Below, one piece after another: positions 19,901-30,314 of a stretch of DNA of 64,000 nt; position 1 is the stretch's first letter; each line of letters starts with the position of its first letter. Origin of the DNA: Eledone cirrhosa (Eukaryota). Location: the NCBI GenBank assembly GCA_964016885.1, contig OZ024759.1, positions 16,492,001 through 16,556,000 on the forward strand, in the 5' to 3' direction. A program made the translations under genes and the position numbers. Under the pieces are notes generated by a model. The model did not search any database. It had not been told where the DNA came from and saw only the letters and a program-made list of their open reading frames with translations.

Positions 19901-21067
19901 AAAAGCACCCAGTGCACACTGTAAATGTGGTTGGCGTTAGGAAGGGCATCCCGCAGTAGAAACCAAGTCAAAATCAGTTTTGTATGAGCAAGACATGGTC
20001 TCCTGACCTAGCTTGTTTCACAATGAAACAACTTGGCTAACCCATGCTAGCGTGGAAAAATGGACTTTAAATGGTGATGATGATGATGTTTCTGAGACAA
20101 AACATAGCCGTCTTTAATATTTTGTTAATGTGAGCCCTGTGTGGCTAATAAAGAAGCAGGGGGTTGGCAGTATCGGTAGAGCACCAGACACCATGCTTCG
20201 CAGGTTAGTTACGTCCCATTATGTGTTGAGTTCAAATCCTGCTCAGGTTAGCTTTGTCTTACATCCTTACGGGGTCGATAAAATAAAGTACCAGTAATGT
20301 ATTGGGGTAGATTTAATTGAATCCCCCCCCCCCCTAAATTACTAGCCTTGTGCCTATACTAGAAATCATTATTGGTAGATTGGCAGTATCGGTAGAGGGT
20401 CGGACGTCATGCTTTGATGCATAGAGTTACAGCCCTTTCCCTTCTGAGTTCAAATCCTGCCGAGGTCAACTTTGCCTTTCATCCTTATGGGGTCGATAAA
20501 ATAAAGTACCAGTAATGTACTGGGTAATTGCTGGCCTTGTGCCAAAAGTAGAAACAATTATTATTATTATTATTCAGTGCATTAGCAGTATCGGTAGAGT
20601 GTCGGACACCATGCTTTGCAGCATAGAGTTATGGCCCTTTGCGTTCTGAGTTCAAATCCTGCGAAGGTTAACTTTGTCTTTCATCTTTAGGGGGTTGATA
20701 AAATAAAGTACCAGTAATGCACTGGGGGTAGATTTAATCGACTTTCCCTCTCCCCCAAAATTGCTGGCCTTGTGCCTAAATCATAAACCATTATTATTAT
20801 TTATGTTATTTCTTTTTTTTCTTCTTCGTTATTCTAGGTTGGGAGGAAGAACATAATACAGGATTCCATGAACATGTCTTTCTCCAAAAGTTGCTCACTG
20901 ACTTCCCCTCCAAAGGACCAATTCGTCACTTTATGGATCTAGTCATTACTGGACTTTCAATGAACCCTTATTTAACTGTACAACAAAAGAAGGACCACGT
21001 TTCTTGGTTTAAGAATTATTTTGAAGAAAAAGAATACATGCTTAAAGAGGAAATGACCTTAAAATAA
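10980..21067 (+). CDS. MRPS31: 28S ribosomal protein S31, mitochondrial (mS31); complete, 8 exons, 307 aa
   Basis: Exons 10980-11068, 12206-12316, 13586-13762, 14673-14728, 16250-16307, 17057-17121, 18919-19056, 20838-21067 total 924 nt in frame. Basic N-terminal presequence (MALSLRSRYLF..). Motifs [39 protein letters not shown] and FHEHVFL..FPSKGPIRHFMDLVITGLSMNPYLTVQQKKDHVSWFKNYF are characteristic of MRPS31. Confidence 0.93.
11312..11359 (-). ncRNA. Type I minimal hammerhead ribozyme-like motif (Penelope-like-element type)
   Basis: Minus strand reads CUUGU-CUGAAGA-cccugugguaaacaguu-GAAA-cugcagag-UA-ACAAG: stem I CUUGU/ACAAG, both core boxes, stem II cugu/acag, stem III ACU/AGU, GUA cleavage triplet. 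Confidence 0.65.
13303..13498. mobile_element. piggyBac-type MITE (family 1)
   Basis: TTAA-CCCTTTAG...GCTAAAGGG-TTAA. Confidence 0.85.
14767..15003. mobile_element. piggyBac-type MITE (family 1) with an internal inverted duplication
   Basis: TTAA-CCCTTTAGC...GCTAAAGGG-TTAA; perfect 27-bp inverted repeat at 14931-14991. Confidence 0.85.
15380..15975 (-). mobile_element. RTE-clade LINE 3' fragment
   Basis: Minus-strand remnant ..TWDTTQKLAQDRQEWRTFVAALHA.. with a simple-repeat tail, and an internal duplication. Confidence 0.7.
16362..16695 (+). mobile_element. Young composite CORE-SINE with RTE-type 3' part
   Basis: tRNA-like head GGAGGCACATGGCTTAGTGGTTAGAGC, CORE-like CCTTGAGCAAGACACTT, AGGAAGGGCATCCAGCTGTAGAAA and a GGACGTAAAA(TGA)n tail. 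Near-identical copies at 52885-53255 (+), 63159-63490 (+) and ~31980-32250 (-). Confidence 0.8.
17480..18770 (+). repeat. Degenerate tandem copies of a ~110-120-bp dispersed repeat, interrupted by another element at ~18140-18580
   Basis: Unit AAACCTCCTATGAGATGCAACCTTATAGGAGGCCAGCTAAACCTACATAGGTGTGAGCTGTAAC..ATGATAGGACTGGGG..CCTATCATTAAAA. The family recurs at 19098-19530 (-), 31230-31300, 37620-38090 and 53990-54220. Confidence 0.8.
20160..20800 (+). mobile_element. Three tandem tRNA-derived SINEs (family A)
   Basis: Repeated TGGCAGTATCGGTAGAG..GAGTTCAAATCC..GGGGTCGATAAAATAAAGTACCAGT..ATTATT units. Confidence 0.8.
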
Positions 21068-21212
21068 CAATCGTAATAAGTAGGGGTATGGACTTGGGAT
21101 TTTGTTTTGGCACTCACAGTCATAAGGCTGTAGGTCTCTTTTTATGGACTGAACAGAGCACTATGTTCTTCAACAAAATATTTTCATGTTGCTTTTTTTG
21201 CAAAGAGTTGGA

Positions 21213-22070
21213 ACTGGTAGAGAGTACTAACAATGGAAAGACCAATGGAAACATTGTTTCTTTCATCTGATCTAATGACTGGCAGATAATATCAACAATG
21301 GAAAGACCAATGGAAACATTGTTTCTTTGGTCTGATCTAATGACTGGCAGATAATATCAACAATGGAAAGACCAATGGAAACATTGTTTCTTTCATCTGA
21401 TCTAATGACTGGCAGATAATATCAACAATGGAAAGACCAATGGAAACATTGTTTCTTTGGTCTGATCTAATGACTGGCAGATAATATCAACAATGGAAAG
21501 ACCAATGGAAACATTGTTTCTTTCATCTGATCTAATGACTAGCAGATAATATCAACAATGGAAAGACCAATGGAAACATTGTTTCTTTCATCTGATCTAA
21601 TGACTAGCAGATAATATCAACAATGGAAAGACCAATGGAAACATTGTTTCTTTCATCTGATCTAATGACTAGCAGATAATATCAACAATGGAAAGACCAA
21701 TGGAAACATTGTTTCTTTCATCTGATCTAATGACTAGCAGATAATATCAACAATGGAAAGACCAATGGAAACATTGTTTCTTTCATCTGATCTAATGACT
21801 GGCAGATAGTATCAGCAATGGAAATATTGTTTCTTTGGTCTGATCTAATGACTGGCAGATAATATCAGCAACAGAGAGACCAATGGAAACATTGTTTCTT
21901 TGGTCTAATATATTGACTGGCAGATAGTATCAACAACGGAAAAACCAATGGAAACATTGTTTCCTTTGTCAGATCTAATGACTGGCAGATAGTATCAACA
22001 ATGGAAAGACCAATGGAAACATTGTTTCTTTGGTCTGATCTAATAACTGGCAGATTGTATTGACAATAGA
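21213..22070 (+). repeat. 65-bp tandem repeat, ~13 copies, in the probable MRPS31 3'UTR
   Basis: Unit CAACAATGGAAAGACCAATGGAAACATTGTTTCTTT(CA/GG)TCTGATCTAATGACT(G/A)GCAGATAATAT. Confidence 0.93.
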
Positions 22071-22130
22071 AAATAGAAAAAAAGAGTTTCAATGCATCCC
22101 CATTTTATTTGAAAGAAATATAAATTTTAT

Positions 22131-22136
22131 AATAAA
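22131..22136 (+). promoter_or_regulatory. Probable MRPS31 polyadenylation signal
   Basis: First AATAAA I can find downstream of the MRPS31 stop at 21067, followed by T/GT-rich sequence. Confidence 0.45.
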
Positions 22137-22631
22137 TATTTAGAGTGAAATCTTATTGATTATATTGATTCTTTGCTATTTGCTTTTTAGCCATATTTGT
22201 TTAACCCGTTGACTGCCATCTATATTTTACACATCTACAGTTACTGTTCCAGGCTTGTTTTCAGTAAAATGAAGTTATGATGCTGTGTCTGGTTTTTTCC
22301 CCAGTAAAATGAAGTTCTAACCTTTGGAAATGTGTTATCTCATCCATGGCACTGGAATGCATACATGTTAGGACAAGTTATCTCGTCTATGGCGCTGAAG
22401 AGGTTAAAAGCTATACTTTTTATGAATGGTTCACTGGATGAGTGGTAAAATATAGCTGAGAGAGAGGAAGACAAACAATAAGTTGCAGAGGATGAAAGGA
22501 ATAGAGCCAATGGTGAATATTGTGGAGAGAAATGGAATGAGATGGTTGGGTCATGTGTTGAAGAAGGATGGAAGTGACTGTTTGTGAGGAATAGAACTAG
22601 TGATGAATGCTGTGAAGAGAAATAGAATAAG

Positions 22632-22767
22632 ATATGATCACATTTTCTACCATATTGTTCCAGCTTTTAAAAAACTTATTGGTCATTTACTATATATATA
22701 TATATATAGTAAATGACCAATAAGTTTTTTAAAAGCTGGAACAATGTGGTAGAAAATGCGATCATAT
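22632..22767. repeat. Near-perfect palindrome centred on (TA)9
   Basis: ~59-bp arms with 2 mismatches around a TA tract. Confidence 0.9.
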
Positions 22768-23825
22768 ATATATATAGAAGTAGTTCCACAACAGTTAGTT
22801 CACCATATCGAGAACAATTGTTTCACCTTATGGTATGATGAACTAACTGTTGTGGAACTACTACCAAACTTGTCCCATGGACTGAGTGCTATACTACTAC
22901 GGATGTAACCCACCAGTATTCTACTTTTCATCATCATCATTTTACGTCTGCTTTTCCCTGCTTGCAAGGGTGGGGCGGGAACTGATTCTGGCTTGATTTC
23001 TACAGCTGGATGCCCTTCCTAACACCAACCTCATTTACAGTGAGTGCTGGGTGCTTTTTTTGCCGTGGCACCTCCACGACCACTTTGCAGTGGAATGATA
23101 TGGACCCCAGTCCCTATCATCTCATTTCTTTATTTGAATTCGAGTTTTTACAATTGATAATTGAGAATAGCAAGTTCAAGACAACACCGACAACATGTAA
23201 ATGCTAGATATAAACCCAACAGTATCGCTTATCTGTGTTAATCTTTTTACTTTATATATATATATATATATATATATAGCATGGCGTTAAGAAGGGCATC
23301 CAGCTGTAGAAACCAAGCCAGAAACAGTTCTGTGTGAGCAAGACACGGTCACCTTACCCAACTTGCCCCAAACAGGACAACCCGTCTAACCCATGCTAGC
23401 ATGGAAAAATGGACGTTAAACAGTGATGAAGATGATGTGTATACATATATAGAGAGAGAGATAGATAGATAGACGTTAAACGATGATGATTGTATATATA
23501 TATATATATTGTATGTATATATATATATATATATTGTATGTATATATATACTTAAAATTTGTTCCCCCCAAATTAACGTTACAGGAGTTCTATTCATCCT
23601 CTTGTTAATTTCTTCTCTATCTCTCTCGTAATATTATTTTTTTCTCTCTCTCTTTCTCCAGTGTCATTTAAATAAACGGTTGTTTTTCAATTATTTACAT
23701 ATTCATTTGCATATTCACACATAAGTTTGAATAATCCCTAATATATTTCCACTATCCAGTGAATTTCCAACCGATAAGGTATGATTTTCATGGGTACGTC
23801 TCTATTTATAAAACAAACTTTGTAA

Positions 23826-23884
23826 TTTATCTGATGAAAGCGTACCAATGTTGTCTTGGTTGCCCTTGAAATATATATAATAAA
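23826..23884 (+). ncRNA. Type I minimal hammerhead ribozyme-like motif
   Basis: UUUAU-CUGAUGA-aagcguaccaa..uugguugcccuu-GAAA-uauaua-UA-AUAAA: stem I 5 bp, imperfect stem II (accaa/uuggu, aag/cuu), palindromic stem III, AUA site, AATAAA follows. Confidence 0.55.
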
Positions 23885-24369
23885 ATAAAAATGGTTTTAT
23901 AAATATAGTTTCCATTTATTTAATATCATTGTATATATATATATATATATATATTGTATGTATATATATATATACAACCATAGAAAAAGATAGAATAATA
24001 TTCTCATTTAATGCCTTATTTATATCCTTGCTATAATAAACATCACACTGCCCAGTCTGTCTTCCTCTATTTTCCATTCTTACCTTTTCTACGCCTCAGT
24101 GCCATTCTTCTTTGTCTGCATGTTGGACTAGAGCCCATATTATTCTCTTCTGTTTTACTATTTCCCACCTTTCTATATTTTTCTCCTTTGGCTAAGCTCT
24201 TGCACACCATTCTCTCCCTTCTTTGTCAGTTGACACACCTGGGATACTTTTTCATATATATTTGGGTAATTTGCCTAAAGGCATAACTTGTCTCTACCTG
24301 TTTTGTTATGTTCCAATATGCTCTGGGATTAACGTGATCAACCTTAATGCACTGAAACTGTAGTGATAT

Positions 24370-25368
24370 CCAGAGGTTGCCTGAGAAGATGGGACTGTTA
24401 TCAACCAAATGCGAGAGTTAGCCTATTTTTCATAGGCTTGTGGGTTGGCATTTTTTTCTCTGCAGTTATGTAGGTTCTTTTGGGCAATTGTTTTCCCCCA
24501 AAAAGGCCAGTTTCATCACAGTTGAATACCTGTTGTGAGATGTACTCCTCGGTTGTGATGAGCTGACAGAATTCATGCAAGAAATACTCAGCTGCCTTCG
24601 TGTCAGAACCTACTGCTTCTCCATGCCCGATGATGCTATGAACACCAGTCCTCTTCTTGAAATTATCGAACCAGCCGTGACTGGCCTTAAATGCATCTGC
24701 CAATGTCTCCTCTGTCCACGTTCCTGGGTTCTGCTTCAGGAGATCCCCATATAGCGCTCATGCTTTCTCGCAGATGATGGTCTCTGTAATCGTATCCCCT
24801 GCAAATTGCTTCTTGTTGATCCACAGGAAAAGCAATTTGTCCATCTCTTCAGGGACAGATGTGAATTGCTTGGAGATCCTAGAGACACCCCTTGCTTTTT
24901 CTTCAGGATTTTGCAGATCGTTGACGTGCTTCAGTCGTATTGATGTGCTATATCGACTGCACGCACTCCTCCCTCATGTTTATCAATGATTTCCTTCTTC
25001 AATTCTATTGTAATCAGCTTTTTCTTCTTCTCAGCACTGACTTTTGCACATACCTTCTTAGGACCCATAGCTAACACAAATAATTGTTATAAAATAATAG
25101 CAAAAAACGCACAAAACTAAAAAAACAAAACACTGAGGAAAACAGAATAGGGATACTGCCACAATGAGATAAACACATGAACTGAGTGTGCGGAGGCTGT
25201 GCTTGTTGGGAGAGTGTATGAGAGCTCAGCGTTGACTAGTGGTCGTTTGTTGGAAACTTGCTCGTACTGCAGATTTTCACCCGTACTACAAGACAAAAAT
25301 TCACACGAGCCTCAGCTCATACAGCAAATTACCTGTACAATGGGGCACTGGTACTGCGAGGTTCTACT
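24370..25368 (-). mobile_element. Tigger/pogo (Tc1/mariner superfamily) transposon 5' fragment with decayed transposase
   Basis: Minus strand MGPKKVCAK..ITIELKKEIIDKHE (ATG at 25068), FKASHGWFDNFKKR (CENP-B HTH) and QVFNCDETGLF (DDE_1), with frameshifts. TIR-like AGTAGAACCTCG near 25368 beside a TA tract. Confidence 0.85.
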
Positions 25369-26119
25369 ATATATATATATATGTGTGTGTGCGTGTGTTT
25401 GTGGTTCATCAGAAGGACATCAATAAAATATGTACTGCTAGAATTAATATTAATGACTAAAATTCCTTTAAGACAGAGCTCTAGCATGGCCACAGTCTAA
25501 TAACTAAAAGCAACAACAAAAATTTCTGATTAGGTCAAGCATAGATTTTATATTTTCCTTTTTTTCTTTGTCTTCTTTTGCCTCTCTTTGTTTTTTTCTT
25601 AATCTATCTTGTTTTTGTTTTTTCACTGTAAGGGGCACAAGATATGTCCCTAGTCTGATATGGCTTATTAGCTATATATATAAAGGGTAAAGATCTCTTT
25701 CTGTCACGAAGGACTATGGGTTTTGCCTCTAGAACGTTGCCCTCCGAGGGACAAAGCTGGGCAAGGTGTTTTTGTGGAAGATCAGCTGTTGCCCATTTAT
25801 ACCAGTCTTCCCTCTCCACGCTATCGATGTCCAAGAGAAAGGCAATGGTTGGTGCAGCTTGGAACCAGTGATGTCGCTACATATATTATATATACAATAT
25901 ATATGATGTTGTCCCAGCAAAGGGCAAAGGCTAATATAGCTTGGCACCAGTGATGTCGCAAACACACATATATTATATATACACTAGATATGATGTTGTC
26001 CAAAAAGGGCATTAGACACCCACCCCTTAGTCTATCATGGCTTACTAGCTCTATACGGATGTTTAAATTGATTATATATATATATATGTATATATATATA
26101 TAAAGTAGTAGTAATAATA

Positions 26120-26515
26120 ATAATGATTTCTTTATTAACCACAAAGGGTTTACATCAAGAAAAACATTATGACAGTACAGGACGAAAACATAGTGTGTGT
26201 TGGTGTGTGTGTGTATTGGTGTGTGTGGGTGTATTTTGTATGTAAACACATTTTAACAATGTTAAAAATAGATAACAATAAAATTAAAACAAAGAAGGTT
26301 CCTCAATAGGGAGAAGACGTTCGAGGGTCATTCGTGGAAAAGCCCACATAAAATAACGGATGCCCTGATCTTTAGAGTAAGTGCCCTGTCCCAGTTGTAT
26401 TCCTCCAATCAACAGGCTCACACGCAGAGCAGACCCATCCACTCGGGCCATGCTCACTTCTCTCACCCACCTTTCAACAAATTGCTTTGAAGGCTGCATT
26501 TCTCTCTCTAATCTA
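26120..26515 (-). mobile_element. Non-LTR retrotransposon 3' remnant (possibly L1/Tx1-like)
   Basis: Minus-strand ORF end ..FVERWVREVSMARVDG.. followed by a 3' tail with GTGGTTAATAAAGAAAT; a related tail lies at ~20130-20155. Confidence 0.4.
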
Positions 26516-26580
26516 ATAATAATAATAATTATATGGACGAGGTGTCAAATTTTCATTACGTTTATTGAGGCGTGACGCAC

Positions 26581-26683
26581 GTTTCGCGATTGATCAGCTC
26601 AAGGTTCGATCTGTATTGATGGGGCTCGGCTGTTAGCCCTATGATCGAGACAGATCGAACCTTGAGTTGATCAATCGCGAAAC
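26581..26683. repeat. Long inverted repeat upstream of the UBR4 start
   Basis: 34-bp arms 26581-26614 and 26650-26683 with 1 mismatch, plus an inner GGGCT/AGCCC stem. Confidence 0.9.
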
Positions 26684-26822
26684 TATATCTGTCTATCTAT
26701 CTCTCTCTCTATATATATATAATCAATATATATATATATAAATGAATATGTTGAATGACATTAGTAAAGGGGCAGATAACTAGGGTGAGGATTTTTATTA
26801 TCTTCACGGCCGCCTTGGCAGA

Positions 26823-26834
26823 CAAGATGGCGAC
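26823..26834 (+). promoter_or_regulatory. YY1-like motif CAAGATGGCGAC overlapping the UBR4 start codon
   Basis: One mismatch to the YY1 consensus CAAGATGGCGGC. Confidence 0.45.
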
Positions 26835-29687
26835 TACATCTCCTGCGTCGTTATCTTACTGTTTAAAACCTTTACTAGCTGCCTCCTATTCAGCATTTAA
26901 CAAAAATGAAATACCAGATTTTTCAAGAGCGATTTCTAAGAGGTAATGGATTGTATATATTTAAATCTACATTATTTTGAGTTAATTTTTCTTTGCTATA
27001 GGTTTTGTTTGCCTAAAAACGTCCATTAAGTTATTTACGTATTTATTTCATTAAGTATTTGATTATACATATTTAAGTACTGTCAGTTGTGAAAAATGTA
27101 TTTTAGTTTTCTTAATTTATACATAAAATATATTAGATTGTTGCTTTTGTTACTATAACTCCGTAAAATGTCAGTCATTCGGTAATTTCAAATACGTAAT
27201 CCTTCATAATAGTTGTGTCTTCCTGTCTAGTCTTTATCGCTTTGTCATTGATTTATCTTGTTGCATATAGACTTAGATATATAGGTGTTTACGTGCTTCC
27301 AATGAGAATATTTAAAAATCTAAATAAAATATTTATTTAGTTACTACTACTAAATGTTTCATCAAAATTCTAATTGTGTCTTAAAACTTCTTTTTCTTGC
27401 CAAATTCTTTCTATATCCGTTGTCGCCCTTCATAAAAAATTATCTATTTATCTTTTGTTGAAACGTCTTTTTTGTCTCATCGTACTGCTTAAATCTTCTA
27501 GATTTTTCCTCCGAAATTTTTTTCCTTGTTTACTTATAATAATTATTGTTTGCATGTCATAGCAGTAACCTTTTATTTTTTCTTCTCAGTTTTATATCAT
27601 AAAGAGGATTTTGTTTTATTCGAAAACATTTCTCGCTGATTACATTATGTGGGTATGGCACTTAATATATTTAAGGTCCTGACATTTAAACTGAAACAAA
27701 ATGTACGGTTTCGAGACGAATAAATCATTTAATTAGTAATGTCTTTGCTATATTTCCTTTTCATTTTAATAATCTATGTTTAACTCGATTTTGGTAAACT
27801 GTTAAGATGTAATATCTGTGTATGTTGGAATATAAACTCTCTCAGTTAATCTCTGAATTAATTAGGGTTTTATTTATTTTAAGATGTGGATTTATTACTA
27901 TTCTACACCATATACATATCTAATCCATAAATAAATTACTATCTAATTAATATTTTTCCTGCGTAAAAGAAAATTTACTTTCAATATCAACCAAAGAGGA
28001 TCTCTTCAATAACATAGTATTGATTTCATTATTATTATTAACACGATCTTTATTTGGATGATCTCTTACTATTCTATGTACATTTCAATATAAGCGAAAA
28101 ATCTATTTACTTAATAAACATAACTAACTAAACATAAGCAACATCTATAAATTGGTTAACGAACAAAAGTAAACAATAATGCAAGTATTTAAGAAGAAAA
28201 AAAGATTTAAATTATATACGATCTTAGTGTTAACTGACCAACACGGTCGCTCATTTATTAAACATATCCATTGGAAAATAATATCACACCTTTTACTGAA
28301 TTCTGAAGGTGGAACTTGTTATTCCCATGATTTCTTTTTACGTGTTTTGAACGAATGTGGCCTTCAAAATCGTCGTAAATTACTGGTTTTTTTTTTTGTG
28401 GTTCCCCCACCCGCGAAGTCTACAACACCGTCTACTAACTATATTTCTCATGAGCAGACTGTTTGTTTGTTGGAATAATGCTCAATATAGCCATGATCGT
28501 GGTGAAATTCAATAAAATATCTATCTATCTATAGCTTTATATACTATGTTGGTGTTGCATATCATCGTTTGTATTATAATGAGATATTGGTTGAAATATT
28601 AATTTAAACAGGAAAACTTTAGGATGGCATTATAAAGGTTAAGAATTAAGATATTCTGATAAAAATTAATATTTTTTTTAGTTAATGTTTTTTTTTTTAC
28701 CTGTAAAACGGCCAATAAGGTAAAATTATTGATTTTTTTTTAGGAATAATAATAATAATTAGTGGATAATTCTTTTCGTAGCACTTCTGGTCAAGAAATT
28801 AATTTTACTGGATTGGTTTTATTAGTGACATAATGTAGTTAACTAACTGCTTTAGTTATAGTCATTATAATATAGTTAGATACACTATGCGATGATTGAC
28901 TGTTGTAGTTGGATCTCCGCAATATCAGAACGTCGGCGGCCCGTCCGAGGAAGGAGCCCCGCGAGGTGGGGGTGGCTGTTGCAGCGGGTGCCGCTTACCA
29001 TTGTCCGCAGGGCGCAGCCCTTATATCAACGCGCCCTAGGCCCAGAGCCCAATAATCCTCCCCCTTTCCCATCCCTATTCTTCTGTGACATTAGAGTCCT
29101 GGCCACCCACCACCTTCCGTTTTTTTTTCTCTTTTTGTTTATATTTTCCCATTTTACAGCCTAGTACAGTTTATGAATTCTATCATTCCAGGTAAATGGT
29201 TATTATTATGTAGTTAGTCATACAGTATTATGTAATGGTTGATTGCGTGTCATAGTTTTATTTATTTATTATTTTTTTTAAATTATTGCAGAGACGCAAA
29301 AGTGACAGGTGTTGAGTGACCTTGTCGGTCAAATAGAGTAGATGTAGTAGTGACCAGTGGTTGTGTTACTTCAGACCAGCGTGACAGTTAAAGCTGGACT
29401 GCTTGACCACCGCAAATATATGAATTAAAACATTTCTTCTGTCATTAATGTGTTTTTTGTGTCCCTAAACGCACAATGTTGCTTGCATAAAAACTCTTGT
29501 ATTATAAAACTGGAATTAGGGTGGTCGATTGGTAGAGTGTCGAATGAAATGCCATTGTGGTATTGAATAACCAGTAGCTAGTACTGTTAATAACATCGAA
29601 TGAATAGAAGTAAACACGCACACATGTACACCAGGTCCGAACACAGAGGAGCCGAACTCCCACTGCTATCGCCTCCTTTTCTCTGTA

Positions 29688-29723
<36 letters not shown>

Positions 29724-30257
29724 ACAAAGAGGATGTGGTAAGATACCAGGTAGACCATAACGCACCAGAGTACTCAATATTTGGGGTAATAGAGTGGATA
29801 ATAGAAAAAGAGTCAGGACCCCGACGGCTGAGCTTCGGCCGTTTCGACAGCTAGATCCGAACTGTTTCTGATCTAGTTGTCGAAACGGCCGGAGCTCAGC
29901 CGTCGGGGTCCTGACTATTTTCCTATATCATCATCATCATCGTTTAACGTCCATATTCCACGCTAGCATGGGTTAGACGGGAGTTGTTCCATTTGAGGCA
30001 AGGTTGGTCAGGTGACCATGTCTCGCTCATATAGGACTATCTGGCAGGTTATCTACGGCTGGATGCCCTTCCTAACACCAACCACATTTACAGTGTGGAA
30101 CTGGGAACTTTTTACCGTGTTACCTACACGGCAACATTACAGCGTGGACTGTGTTTTTTTTTTGTCGTGACACCTACACGATCTCGATCTCATTATCTCA
30201 TTTATTTGGATTGGATGTTATGGTAGCAACTTTAGAGAGAGGGTGGTGTTGGTGGGA

Positions 30258-30314
<57 letters not shown>

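Noticed and set aside
21213-22070. Regular repeat array with internal palindromes, superficially CRISPR-like (also 1290-2672, 5955-6480, 9410-10660)
   Set aside because: Units are contiguous with no unique spacers, there are no cas genes, and the context is a eukaryotic intron or UTR.
28892-29164. 90-aa ORF across the GC-rich island
   Set aside because: It has no recognisable homology and a low-complexity poly-Phe end; the ORF length is explained by GC content.
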